Positions 9,385 to 18,580 of a stretch of DNA of 39,939 nucleotides are shown here, piece after piece. This DNA is from a virus (taxonomy: Duplodnaviria > Heunggongvirae > Uroviricota > Caudoviricetes), in IMG/VR virus record IMGVR_UViG_2671180758_000025. One strand, given 5' to 3'. The translations under genes were made by a program, and so were the position numbers. The notes below the pieces were generated by a model. The model was not told the origin of the DNA, searched no databases, and saw only the letters and a program-made list of their open reading frames with translations. Position 1 is the first letter of the stretch. Every line of letters begins with the position of its first letter.

Positions 9385-11114
9385 CAGACCCCCTCCGCAA
9401 TAAACCCAATATTCCATCCACCGTTATCTCCGGTGATGCTCAGAGTAAAGCCAGTTGCAGTAATAGCTGTAATGGCGACACCCTCAACACTCCCACCGTG
9501 TGACGAACGGAAAACGGGGATCACGTACCAGCACTGACGGGCAAATGGTGTCGGAAAATTCACCTGATACTCTTTATTCACCACACCAGTTGCCCCGGAA
9601 AAATAACTGTTAAAAAACTGCTTCAGCACACCGCCAGTTATTCGGTGATAATTGCTGCCAAATGAAAATTCATCTTCACAAACACCCCGACGCCATAGTG
9701 TTGTATTGTCTTTAACCGTATCAGAGCCGCTGAAACGGTGATACATTTCCCCTGCTCCGGTGATGAAAATCTGCGCGCGTCTGTTCTTGTTATACGCAGC
9801 CTGAAAACCTGCACCATTCGATGGCACTTCATCTGCATTACCTGAATATGCAAGAAACTGTGAAACCTCACCCATTTCGTAGTTATTATTGCTACCGATT
9901 CCGTATGCTCCCTGTTGCAGAGCACTTTCAGCCTTATCAACCGTCGGTTTAAGTCCCAGATTCTGAATAAACAAAGTCGGGTCAGGAATATCAGCACCAT
10001 TGCGGTCCTTTGCCAGTCTCGCGCTGGCGTTGTCCATCGCAATTTTTACCGCTTTCAATGTCGCCGCAACATTTTCTGACACGCTGTTTACATCGTTCCC
10101 CAGTTGCACCATTCCTTTAACACTCACTGATGCTTCTGGATAATGTGCACTGGTGAACACCTGATTCCACGGTGTTTCATCATCGGCAATTTTCGATAAC
10201 ATGCTGAATCGACAGTACATCTTGCCATCATTAGCGACATAAATCTGTGCACGTCGATTGTCGTTGTAACAGGCCTGGAAACCAGCACCATGTGTTGGCA
10301 CTTCTGGATAGCCGACAGCTGTACCATAAGCAAAAAATTGCGATTTGGTTCCCATGGTTTTCAGATAAGCCAGGCCAATTCCATAATCTCCTGGCTGAAT
10401 CGCTGATGCAGCTTTATCAACAGTCGTTTTCAATCCCAGATTCTGAACAAACAGTGCCGGATTGGGAATATCAGAACCATTGCGGTCTTTTGCCAGTCTG
10501 GCGCTGGCATTATCCATCGCTATTTTCACTGCTTTTGGCGTTGCAGCGACTGTTTCATCATTGCTTTCCACACCGCTATACAGACGTACAAATCCCTTTT
10601 CTGTCAAAGACGCAGAAGGATGGAGGCGCGATTGCTCATGAATTTCTATTTGTTGATCTACATAATGACGGGTTGCCAGCACGACAGCAGGGTCGATTTT
10701 CAGGGTGATATTATCCGTACTGCTGGTAATCAGCACCATGCGCACGGTCTGGGTGCGCCCGCTGCCTTCAGCCAGTTGTGGCTTATAGCTTTCCGGGCAG
10801 TTGCCCACGGCAATCAATGCCCCGGACTCATCAAACAGGCCCACTTCACGTATCCACCAACCGCCCTCGTTTTCTGGGATCACCTGTTCGGCAATAATCT
10901 GGCTGCTGTTCTGCGGGTCGATATAGAGCATATTCAGCGCAGCCCGGCGTTTCTCATTTACCAATGCTGTCTGCTTTGCGTCCGGCGTTGGCAATGTTCC
11001 GCCGCCATCGCCGACCGCCATATGGGTAATTTTTAAAGGCACACCGAGCGCGGCGGCGCTGGCAAGTTTCGCCGCGCCAATATCCGTCAGCAGGGTATAA
11101 AATTTTGTGCTCAT
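9384..11114 (-). CDS. H: Tail fibre protein (P2 gpH homolog) with an internal tandem duplication
   Basis: 576-aa ORF; N-terminus MSTKFYTLLTDIGAAKLA... is gpH-like. Two ~120-aa repeat units (ETVAATPKAVKIAMDNASARLAKDRNG...) lie 480 nt apart. Confidence 0.9.
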   Translation of the reverse strand: MSTKFYTLLTDIGAAKLASAAALGVPLKITHMAVGDGGGTLPTPDAKQTALVNEKRRAALNMLYIDPQNSSQIIAEQVIPENEGGWWIREVGLFDESGALIAVGNCPESYKPQLAEGSGRTQTVRMVLITSSTDNITLKIDPAVVLATRHYVDQQIEIHEQSRLHPSASLTEKGFVRLYSGVESNDETVAATPKAVKIAMDNASARLAKDRNGSDIPNPALFVQNLGLKTTVDKAASAIQPGDYGIGLAYLKTMGTKSQFFAYGTAVGYPEVPTHGAGFQACYNDNRRAQIYVANDGKMYCRFSMLSKIADDETPWNQVFTSAHYPEASVSVKGMVQLGNDVNSVSENVAATLKAVKIAMDNASARLAKDRNGADIPDPTLFIQNLGLKPTVDKAESALQQGAYGIGSNNNYEMGEVSQFLAYSGNADEVPSNGAGFQAAYNKNRRAQIFITGAGEMYHRFSGSDTVKDNTTLWRRGVCEDEFSFGSNYHRITGGVLKQFFNSYFSGATGVVNKEYQVNFPTPFARQCWYVIPVFRSSHGGSVEGVAITAITATGFTLSITGDNGGWNIGFIAEGV

Positions 11115-11716
11115 GGATTCACTCTCATTGTGTCAATAACATGGACCGCCCCACCTTCATGCGCGGTGCCGCCGGAAATAATTGTTTCGTTGATATACGG
11201 ATAGATCGTGATTTCTTCGCCAAGATAGCTGGCGGCCCCCACCCAATGCGGACCGCTGGTCTGCAGATTGATGGACATGCCGATCATGTGACGGCTACAT
11301 GGTTTGGCATCGCTTATCAGCCGCTCAAGTTCCAGATAGGTATCTTCAGTGATGCCCTGGTCCTGCACGCCGATATCCACACGAAACGTGCCCGGTGCCT
11401 CTCCGGTCTGCCACCACTCAATAATGCGGATCAGAAAGCCGAACGGCTCCACCACCCGCCGCACGGCACTGGTGGTCCCTTTATGCTGATGAATATAAAA
11501 AGCATCCTTCACCACCTGGCGCTTGACGCTTTCTGTCCAGCCTTCGTCCCAGCGATCCACAGAGAACGCCCAGGCGAGATAAGGCAGGAAGCTGACCGGG
11601 CAGGTAGCCGGATTCCACAAGTCACGCAGCGGCACCTGCAGATCAGAAATCCCGCTACAGGTCTGCGCCAGTCGGCGCTCCAGTGAAGTTGACCCCGATG
11701 GCAGCAGACTATTCAT
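11111..11716 (-). CDS. I: Baseplate protein I (P2 gpI homolog)
   Basis: 201-aa ORF; ATGA overlap with the H start; translation recognised as gpI family. Confidence 0.88.
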   Translation of the reverse strand: MNSLLPSGSTSLERRLAQTCSGISDLQVPLRDLWNPATCPVSFLPYLAWAFSVDRWDEGWTESVKRQVVKDAFYIHQHKGTTSAVRRVVEPFGFLIRIIEWWQTGEAPGTFRVDIGVQDQGITEDTYLELERLISDAKPCSRHMIGMSINLQTSGPHWVGAASYLGEEITIYPYINETIISGGTAHEGGAVHVIDTMRVNP

Positions 11717-12617
11717 CCGTTCCCCCGTTGGTCACGCTCCACTCCGTACATGATGCCGCCTGCGTTTTGTTCAAAACCACATCCGCCAGCGGCGAAGCCA
11801 GCTCCACACGCTGCACACCCTCAACATGCAGGGCGGCAAAGATGGCGCTACGGCGAATATCCCGACCAAGACGCGTCTGACTGGCGATGTACTTCTGCAG
11901 GCTGGCTTTTGCCGCTGCCATTACCGGCTCTGCTTCCGGTCCCGGATAGAGAAAAATGGTGGCTTCCACGCGATACGGGATGATTTCTGCGCTGCGAACC
12001 GTCAGACGGTCAGCCACCGGGCGGACGTTCTCACTGTTCAGAGCTTTTTCCACCACGTCCAGCAGGTCTTTTTCTGCAGTTCCATCGCCTTCGCGGCTAA
12101 GGACAGTCAGCACCACCTCTGCAGGTGCCGGGCTGGTTGCACTGGCATCCGCCACCCGACCGTCGGCGCTTCGGGCATGAAATTCATAAGCTGCAGTTGG
12201 CCCCGCAACAGAAAGCCCTTCAAAGGCTGCAGGCACACGCAGGCGTAACGCTTCATCGCTTTCCATCACAGCTGCAACGGGCGGCACAGCATCATTATCA
12301 GCAGGCGTCACCGTCAGGCGTGTCACGTTGTAGTTGGCAGCGAGCTGGTCAAGATCGCCGCCCATCGCGTAAGCCACCATCACCGCCTGCGCGGCTTCGT
12401 TAATGCGCTGGCGCAGAAGCAACTCACGGTAAGCGTTCTCCTGCAACAATTTAGTGACGGGTTCAGATTCCAGTTCCAGCGTTCGGATCACGGCTTCCTG
12501 CTCATCTTTCGGATGAAGCGCCACAAATTCTGCCTTGCGTTCGGCAAGCAGCGTCTCAAAGTCCGGCACATCCACAATCTGCGGTGCAGGCAACTGCGAA
12601 AGGTCAATCACTGCCAT
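11709..12617 (-). CDS. J: Baseplate protein J (P2 gpJ homolog)
   Basis: Start placed at internal ATG giving MAVIDLSQLPAP..., matching the gpJ N-terminus; the supplied ORF extends to 12656. Confidence 0.88.
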   Translation of the reverse strand: MAVIDLSQLPAPQIVDVPDFETLLAERKAEFVALHPKDEQEAVIRTLELESEPVTKLLQENAYRELLLRQRINEAAQAVMVAYAMGGDLDQLAANYNVTRLTVTPADNDAVPPVAAVMESDEALRLRVPAAFEGLSVAGPTAAYEFHARSADGRVADASATSPAPAEVVLTVLSREGDGTAEKDLLDVVEKALNSENVRPVADRLTVRSAEIIPYRVEATIFLYPGPEAEPVMAAAKASLQKYIASQTRLGRDIRRSAIFAALHVEGVQRVELASPLADVVLNKTQAASCTEWSVTNGGTDE

Positions 12618-12963
12618 TCTCTGCTCCTGTTGATACGGAAAGGGACACAGGCACACCGTTATTCCGCCGCCCGGTCAGCTCCACCACCATAGAACCGTCA
12701 AAGTTGCTGTTGATGGTGATGGAATCCAGCGTCAGCCGTGGCTCCCAGCGACTCAGCGCCACATACACTGCCGACATGACCTGCAGGCGTAATGCCGGAT
12801 TTTGTGGCTGATCTATTAAAACCGACAGGAGGGAACCATATTCCCGGCGGGCAATACGGCTACCCTGCGGTGTCAGCAGAATGTCCCGCACCGACTGGCG
12901 CAGATGATCAATATCAGTAATGACTTTGCCGCTGGTATTGTTCATCCCGCTATAAAGCGTCAT
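12604..12963 (-). CDS. W: Baseplate protein W (P2 gpW homolog)
   Basis: 119-aa ORF between V and J with short overlaps. Confidence 0.88.
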   Translation of the reverse strand: MTLYSGMNNTSGKVITDIDHLRQSVRDILLTPQGSRIARREYGSLLSVLIDQPQNPALRLQVMSAVYVALSRWEPRLTLDSITINSNFDGSMVVELTGRRNNGVPVSLSVSTGAENGSD

Positions 12964-13538
12964 ACCGGGCCTCCGGTTGTATCGCCGCCTTTCAGGACGC
13001 CAGTATGCTGATGCGCATCAACCACGATCCCGTTAGAACTCATCGCTCCGCCGCCCTGGGTAACGCCACCATTGATCACCACTTCGCTGTTAATGCGCGT
13101 GCGGTCAGCCTCCAGTACAAACTCACTGGTTTTCATGGTGATGTTGTCAGCAGCCTCAATGACCATTGATTTGATGCCCCTGACATACCAGCGCCCGGTG
13201 GCGGGTTCGTATTCAAACCAGCCACCGTCAGGATGTTCTGTCACGCAGGCGTCCGCCGACGTCGACGGTGGTGCGAACTGATTCGAATAGACAGCGGGCA
13301 GCGCAAAGGCGGTTTCCAGATTGCCGCCCAGACTCAGCAGCACCACCTGCTCACCTTCCGATGGTCGCCACCATGTACGGGCATTCCCGGCACGCAGCGT
13401 CAGCCAGCTGATCCAGTTGGTTTCAAGCTCGCCCGTTTTCACCCGGCAAAGCCAGTTTTCCCTGTCCACTTCGGTGACTACCCCTGTGCGGATCAGGTTG
13501 GTGATAAGGCGCATGATTTCGGTTAATTGTGCGTTCAT
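12960..13538 (-). CDS. V: Baseplate spike protein V (P2 gpV homolog)
   Basis: 192-aa ORF, first gene after a palindromic TGT-N12-ACA box. Confidence 0.88.
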   Translation of the reverse strand: MNAQLTEIMRLITNLIRTGVVTEVDRENWLCRVKTGELETNWISWLTLRAGNARTWWRPSEGEQVVLLSLGGNLETAFALPAVYSNQFAPPSTSADACVTEHPDGGWFEYEPATGRWYVRGIKSMVIEAADNITMKTSEFVLEADRTRINSEVVINGGVTQGGGAMSSNGIVVDAHQHTGVLKGGDTTGGPV

Positions 13539-13584
13539 AGGGAAAGGTTGCCATCAGGGGAAGAAAGGCGGCAGTGCTGCAACT

Positions 13585-13602
13585 TGTATCAGTGCTGATA
13601 CA
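13585..13602. promoter_or_regulatory. Ogr-type activator box (TGT-N12-ACA) of the V operon late promoter
   Basis: TGTATCAGTGCTGATACA, a perfect palindrome, between S and V. Confidence 0.55.
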
Positions 13603-13606
13603 AAGA

Positions 13607-14053
13607 TCACCCCGCCAGCCATTGCAGAATCATGTCACGGGTCATTGCCTCAACATCATCATTTACACCCAGAAGGCGACGCTCTGCGTAACGCACCTCC
13701 GGTCCCTTACGACTGACGCGATCTCGCAGGCCGTAATGGTGAACGCGGGCAATGCGCTGCACCTTGCCTTCAAACTGCACGCTGGCAGAGTCGGTGCTGG
13801 CGGCAGTTTTCAGGTATTTTGTGGTGCGCAGCTTTGCAAACATCTGACGTTTGATACGGCCTTTTTTACTGCGTGCTGTTACCCGTCGCGGTTCATAGCT
13901 GCTGCCGTCAGGGTTGCGCTGCATCCTGATATTCTGCTGCTGTGTCCGGCGAAGTTCCTGCGCCAGCTGGCGCATCATGCGGCTTCTCGTGGCTGGTTCC
14001 AGATTCGCCAGCAAGGCACTCAGCCAGTCGTCCACCTTCTGCAGTTCAGCCAC
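13607..14053 (-). CDS. S: Tail completion protein S (P2 gpS homolog)
   Basis: 148-aa ORF; position and translation consistent with gpS. Confidence 0.85.
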   Translation of the reverse strand: MAELQKVDDWLSALLANLEPATRSRMMRQLAQELRRTQQQNIRMQRNPDGSSYEPRRVTARSKKGRIKRQMFAKLRTTKYLKTAASTDSASVQFEGKVQRIARVHHYGLRDRVSRKGPEVRYAERRLLGVNDDVEAMTRDMILQWLAG

Positions 14054-14498
14054 GTTTCACCGTCCACATTTCTTCAGGTGCATCAGGTTCCGCTATAGCT
14101 TCAACGCTCGACACACTGCCGTCAGTGCTGACCAGCACACGCTCCGTCAGTTGCAGGTTCAGGCTGATATCACAGACATCGTTGCGCAGAATATCCACCT
14201 CAAAGGTGAATAGCTTTTCCCGTAACGCCGGGTTATTGATGGCATCGGGCTGGTTATCCCTCAGCCACAGCAAAACCGGGGCCATCAGCAGATTCTGGTC
14301 GCCGCTGAAATCCTCAATCACCGCGTTCAGTGTGTAACGGTACTCCCACGACATGGAGCTGGCTCCCGTGGCAACCAGCGAACCGTTATCCACAAACAGA
14401 TGCAGTTTGTCCGGGTTATTGCGGACATAAGGCACCGCTTTATTGAGGGCGTGGCGCAGGGATTGTGGTTTGTTCACTGTTTCGCTCCTGACACGCAA
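14046..14498 (-). CDS. R: Tail completion protein R (P2 gpR homolog)
   Basis: 150-aa ORF between the lysis cassette and S. Confidence 0.85.
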   Translation of the reverse strand: MRVRSETVNKPQSLRHALNKAVPYVRNNPDKLHLFVDNGSLVATGASSMSWEYRYTLNAVIEDFSGDQNLLMAPVLLWLRDNQPDAINNPALREKLFTFEVDILRNDVCDISLNLQLTERVLVSTDGSVSSVEAIAEPDAPEEMWTVKRG

Positions 14499-14730
14499 TA
14501 ATCATGTCCACTTTGTCTGCACAGACCGCCCAGGCGGCCTCCGTTTCATCCAGCAACGCGTTCAGATCACCGTTAGTGCGCGGCGTTGCCTGATCCAGCC
14601 GACACGGCGTCACTCGCGGACAACCACTGACGGTAAGCCATACCTCCGGTGAGTGCCGGACGTTTCCGCAGCCGGATAATGTCAGCAGGCAAAGGAGTAT
14701 CAGCCCAGCGGCGTAAATCCTCGTTCTCAC
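14440..14730 (-). CDS. Outer-membrane spanin lipoprotein (Rz1/LysC-like)
   Basis: N-terminus MRTRIYAAGLILLCLLTLSGC carries a lipoprotein signal with lipobox LSGC; out of frame with, and overlapping, the 3' end of the Rz-like gene. Confidence 0.6.
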   Translation of the reverse strand: MRTRIYAAGLILLCLLTLSGCGNVRHSPEVWLTVSGCPRVTPCRLDQATPRTNGDLNALLDETEAAWAVCADKVDMIIACQERNSEQTTIPAPRPQ

Positions 14731-15001
14731 GTTTCAGTTCCTCGATCCGGTGTTGTCGTTGTCTCAGCAGCGTGCTGGTCTGTTCTGCTTCGGCATAGAG
14801 CCGCGCCTGCTCCCGGTTATTGGTTTCAGTCAGAATGGACAGGCTGATAAGCTGGCTGTTGCTCTTTGCCAGTGCCTGGCTTTTGCTCTGCAGCTCGTCT
14901 GCCTGCGTGCTGATGGTCTGGCTGGCATCAGCCAGCCGCCACGTCTGCCAGCCCAGCGCCGCCAGTAATAACGCCAGCACAACCAGCAGCAACCGGTTCA
15001 T
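14573..15001 (-). CDS. Inner-membrane spanin (Rz/LysB-like)
   Basis: 142-aa ORF with N-terminal TM segment (LLLVVLALLLAALGW) followed by a coiled-coil region. Confidence 0.7.
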   Translation of the reverse strand: MNRLLLVVLALLLAALGWQTWRLADASQTISTQADELQSKSQALAKSNSQLISLSILTETNNREQARLYAEAEQTSTLLRQRQHRIEELKRENEDLRRWADTPLPADIIRLRKRPALTGGMAYRQWLSASDAVSAGSGNAAH

Positions 15002-15375
15002 GCTGATACCTGTTGCGCAATCTGATTACGGGTGATCCAGAAGGCAATAACGGTCAGTAGATAAAAGACCAGGGTAATAGCCCACCCCGTCCAGGCGAGA
15101 CTTACAACAATCAGCAATCGCATCACCCAACTGGTAAATACGTTTTCTTTTCGGGTAATTGTCTTCAGCAAAGATGCCCTTAACTCCTGCCAGAGCGGGC
15201 CATTCTTAATTAACGCAGCCAGTGCTACCGGAATTACCGCCCATGTCAGCAAACAGGCTACCCAAACGCCGGACGCTGCCAGTACCGGAAAAATCCCCTG
15301 CGAATACACCATTGCTGCGATTAACAGCGCCATCCATAACATCAGAAACAGTCCGCTGATTAATTTCTTTTTCAT
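14998..15375 (-). CDS. Lysis-timing membrane protein (LysA-like)
   Basis: Multi-TM protein; start placed at MKKKLISGLF..., directly after the endolysin stop. The supplied ORF extends to 15447. Confidence 0.65.
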   Translation of the reverse strand: MKKKLISGLFLMLWMALLIAAMVYSQGIFPVLAASGVWVACLLTWAVIPVALAALIKNGPLWQELRASLLKTITRKENVFTSWVMRLLIVVSLAWTGWAITLVFYLLTVIAFWITRNQIAQQVSA

Positions 15376-15376
15376 T

Positions 15377-15889
15377 TCAGTTTGCTCCCTGTAAGCACCA
15401 GGCCATCTCCCGCGCACGGCGGTTATCCAGCCCCTGATTAAAAACACCTTTCACATAAACCCAGCGCGGCAACTGTCGGCACGCATCTGCCCAGCGCCGC
15501 TGATTGAGTAATTTCACCAGCGTGGAACTGCAGGCATTGCCCGTTCCCACGTTGAAGGCAAACGACACCGCAGCGTCATACACCTTCTGCGGCGGCTGTT
15601 GCTTCACACACCTTTCCAGCGCCCGCTCCACACGCAGCACGTTGGAGATCAGCCCTTCTGCTGCCTGTCGCTCCGTAATGGTTTTGCCGGGAATGACGCC
15701 TGACGTATTACCAATGCCGTCGGTCCAGACACCCGCGCTGCACTGATACGGCTGCAGACGACAACCTTCGTAATCGGCAATCAGTTTCAGCCCCTCCACG
15801 GAGGTGTGAAGCTGCTGAAAACCCGGCAGCGTGGCAGCAATAGCCAGCACGGCCCCGACAAGGCAGCGTTTAACGATTGATGGATTCAT
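15377..15889 (-). CDS. K: Endolysin (lysozyme family, P2 gpK-like) with hydrophobic N-terminus
   Basis: 170-aa ORF; hydrophobic N-terminus CLVGAVLAIAATLPG suggests a signal-anchor-release type endolysin. Confidence 0.85.
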   Translation of the reverse strand: MNPSIVKRCLVGAVLAIAATLPGFQQLHTSVEGLKLIADYEGCRLQPYQCSAGVWTDGIGNTSGVIPGKTITERQAAEGLISNVLRVERALERCVKQQPPQKVYDAAVSFAFNVGTGNACSSTLVKLLNQRRWADACRQLPRWVYVKGVFNQGLDNRRAREMAWCLQGAN

Positions 15890-16085
15890 AGTCCTCCCGC
15901 GAGATCTGCCCGTCGCGCAGAAGCTGGTAGGCTTTGTGTTTGTAGTACCAGTTGATAGCCAGCATCAGCACACCAATCATCAGGCCGCCCAGCGTTGAGG
16001 CATCCTTGATGGACAAATCGCCCAGCCAGGCCAGCACGACGGCGATGCAATACGTGATAAAGGCGCTGATTCGCTCAAGCGTCAT
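15870..16085 (-). CDS. Holin
   Basis: 71-aa protein with two hydrophobic segments and a charged C-terminus, immediately upstream of the endolysin. Confidence 0.7.
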   Translation of the reverse strand: MTLERISAFITYCIAVVLAWLGDLSIKDASTLGGLMIGVLMLAINWYYKHKAYQLLRDGQISREDYESINR

Positions 16086-16088
16086 AAT

Positions 16089-16292
16089 TCAGTCCCATAG
16101 CTGGACGGTCTGCACGGTGGTGGTGGTCGGAATGTCCGGCAGCTCCACCTGCAGCCCGTGAGGTAAAAAGGGGCCGTATTCGGCAAGCCCCGGATTTGCC
16201 TTCAGTACCTGCTCCGTGACACCCTGCGTGCGCCCGTAATGACGCCAGCAAAGCGCGTCCACCGTGTCATACTGATGCGCACGCACTTTCAT
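16089..16292 (-). CDS. X: Tail protein X (P2 gpX homolog)
   Basis: 67-aa ORF; ATGA overlap with the L stop. Confidence 0.8.
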   Translation of the reverse strand: MKVRAHQYDTVDALCWRHYGRTQGVTEQVLKANPGLAEYGPFLPHGLQVELPDIPTTTTVQTVQLWD

Positions 16293-16756
16293 CAGATAAG
16301 CTCCACTGTGCAGTGCGGCGCATCCTGCACCCGGCTGATGGCCCAGCGGGCGTCACGCCACAAATCACCGCTGGCTTCTGCCAGTTCTTCGCCCCGCTTC
16401 ACACCGGATGCCGTGGCGTCATAGTCCTGGTATCGTTCGTTGAGCATGGCGCGTGCCCAGCAGTAAACCGCGTTGAAATAGTGCTGAATGCGCTCACTTT
16501 TGCCGTCCAGCTGCTCCGCCGGAACCTCAGCCAGCGAGGCATATCCCAGCATCTGCTGGCGTCTGCGAAACTCATACAGCTCTGCGTTGACCTCCGAAAT
16601 TGCCGACAGCGCAACCTGCTTTAAACGCGGCTGCGTCACCGTGCCGTCAGTGCGCATGACACTGCGAAACTCCGACAGGTCCACATCAGGCCAGAACGGC
16701 GTGTTTCTGATGATTTCCGCCTGTTCCAGTGCCTGTTCTGGCGCAACAAACTTCAT
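16292..16756 (-). CDS. L: Head completion protein L (P2 gpL homolog)
   Basis: Start placed at the ATG preceded by AGGAG (MKFVAPEQ...); the supplied ORF extends to 16819. Confidence 0.85.
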   Translation of the reverse strand: MKFVAPEQALEQAEIIRNTPFWPDVDLSEFRSVMRTDGTVTQPRLKQVALSAISEVNAELYEFRRRQQMLGYASLAEVPAEQLDGKSERIQHYFNAVYCWARAMLNERYQDYDATASGVKRGEELAEASGDLWRDARWAISRVQDAPHCTVELI

Positions 16757-16851
16757 GCTGCTTTCTCCTGAAATAAAGGGCGGTGGACGGGGTTTTGATG
16801 TGGCAGTGCCTTTCGCCACCCCGTGCCGCCCGTGCGCGGGGGCACGTTCTG

Positions 16852-17502
16852 TCAGCGGCTGTCATTGCGCAGTCTGCGCTCCAGCTGCTGTTTGTCTTTT
16901 TTCACGCCACAGCGGGGATCGAGCTGTAACGCATGGTTGAGATGATTAAGGGCGGAAGCCGGATTTCTTTCACTCAGGACAGCGCCAATCGCTTTATGCA
17001 GACGTGCCCGTGACTGGTCCGGCATATCCAGACCGTCTGTCAGCTCCAGCGTCTGCAGCAACAGATCAGCATCAAAGCCGGTGGCGGCAAGCATTGCGCT
17101 CTGCGCCGCGTCTGCCATTTCCTCTGCCAGCACGGTCTGCACGTTGCGGTTACCCAACGGCATCACCCAGCCATGACGCAGGGCGTGACGCCCGATCTCC
17201 AGCGCCCCGGCATAATCTCCGGCATCAATGCGCCACAGCATCACGTACATCAGCACGTCATCCTGTTGAGCGCCTCCGCCAGCCAGGACACCCTCTGCCC
17301 AGGCGGCGTATTTCGGCAGCAGTTCCACCTTGATTTCCGCTTTTTTGACCGTGGACTGAACGCCCTTGAGACGGCGGCGGTCTTCCGCCAGTTGCAGCAG
17401 CATCAGGTCATAGCCCGACGCGTGGCGAACGCTGCCGCCCTCACGGGCGGCCTGTTCAGCCTGAACGCGCAGGCGATGCTGCCGTGCGGGACTCAGGCTC
17501 AT
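16852..17502 (-). CDS. M: Terminase small (endonuclease) subunit (P2 gpM homolog)
   Basis: 216-aa ORF between capsid gene N and L. Confidence 0.85.
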   Translation of the reverse strand: MSLSPARQHRLRVQAEQAAREGGSVRHASGYDLMLLQLAEDRRRLKGVQSTVKKAEIKVELLPKYAAWAEGVLAGGGAQQDDVLMYVMLWRIDAGDYAGALEIGRHALRHGWVMPLGNRNVQTVLAEEMADAAQSAMLAATGFDADLLLQTLELTDGLDMPDQSRARLHKAIGAVLSERNPASALNHLNHALQLDPRCGVKKDKQQLERRLRNDSR

Positions 17503-17505
17503 GGG

Positions 17506-18564
17506 TTACGCTCCGACTTCTGCTGCGGCGGCGCTGAAATCGCCAATCTGGATGTTTTCCACCAGTGCAGCGCAGCGGTAGTCCTCAACCACATAGGCTT
17601 CGTTAACAGATTCAAAGTTTTCAATCCGGTCACGTTTCGGGTTGTCGATAACTGAACGGCGGCGGGAGTCTTCCTGCCAGTAGATGGACAAGTTATCCAG
17701 ACGGGTGATCAGCAGCGCATTCGGCGGGAAGAACGGCGCACGCACGGCCTGCAGACCGCCCATGCGTTTCTGACTGATGATCATATCGGCAGCCAGTTTT
17801 TCACTGTTTTCCTGCTCTTTGTTGACCAGCGGGAAATACTTGTCAGACAGCAGTTCACGCCCGCAAATCACCACCAGATCGTCATCGTCCTGGTAGACCA
17901 CGTCGATAAGCTCATTGACGGCATCCATCACCACTGCGTCCAGGTTGGCATATTCGCCACCTTTACCGACTTTCACCGCACCCGGTGTGGTTTCACCGCC
18001 CGTGGTGCTGCTGCCCATGACGTGATCCGGTGCATCCTCACGGATTTTCTGTAACCAGCCTTTGTTCACATCCTGCAGCAGCGGGTTTTCGCTACGGTTG
18101 GAGGTTTTCGCACGCTTCACGCCGTTAAAGCCGATCATGATGCGGTCCAGTGCCTGACGTTTCACGATGGCGTCACGGATACGCACCTGGAAATCCTGAA
18201 ACTTCGCCCACAGGTCCAGCTTCGCGTAGGTCAGTACCGTGTCAAAGTTGGTCTGCTCGCATTTGTATTCCACATCGACCATCAGCGTAGGATCGACAGG
18301 TTCACGCTCTTTCGCGGTGGTGTCAGTGGTTCCGGCAATGGTGCTACCAACACCCAACCCCAGCAGCTGACCGGACTGCTCAGTCACTGGCGTGACGTTA
18401 ATCAGCGTCAGGAAAGCGGCGGACTGCTGGATCTGGTCTTCCAGCGTCTGCTGTACAGACGGCTCCACGGTGAACTTGCTGGACAGTTCTTCAACTGCCA
18501 CACCGTTCAGACGCGCCAGCTGCTGCAGGTAAGCGTTAAAAGCAAAGCGGGTATTCTTCTTCAT
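17506..18564 (-). CDS. N: Major capsid protein (P2 gpN homolog)
   Basis: 352-aa ORF; translation aligns along its length with P2 gpN as I recall it. Confidence 0.92.
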   Translation of the reverse strand: MKKNTRFAFNAYLQQLARLNGVAVEELSSKFTVEPSVQQTLEDQIQQSAAFLTLINVTPVTEQSGQLLGLGVGSTIAGTTDTTAKEREPVDPTLMVDVEYKCEQTNFDTVLTYAKLDLWAKFQDFQVRIRDAIVKRQALDRIMIGFNGVKRAKTSNRSENPLLQDVNKGWLQKIREDAPDHVMGSSTTGGETTPGAVKVGKGGEYANLDAVVMDAVNELIDVVYQDDDDLVVICGRELLSDKYFPLVNKEQENSEKLAADMIISQKRMGGLQAVRAPFFPPNALLITRLDNLSIYWQEDSRRRSVIDNPKRDRIENFESVNEAYVVEDYRCAALVENIQIGDFSAAAAEVGA

Positions 18565-18580
18565 CAGGTTTTGTGCTCCA

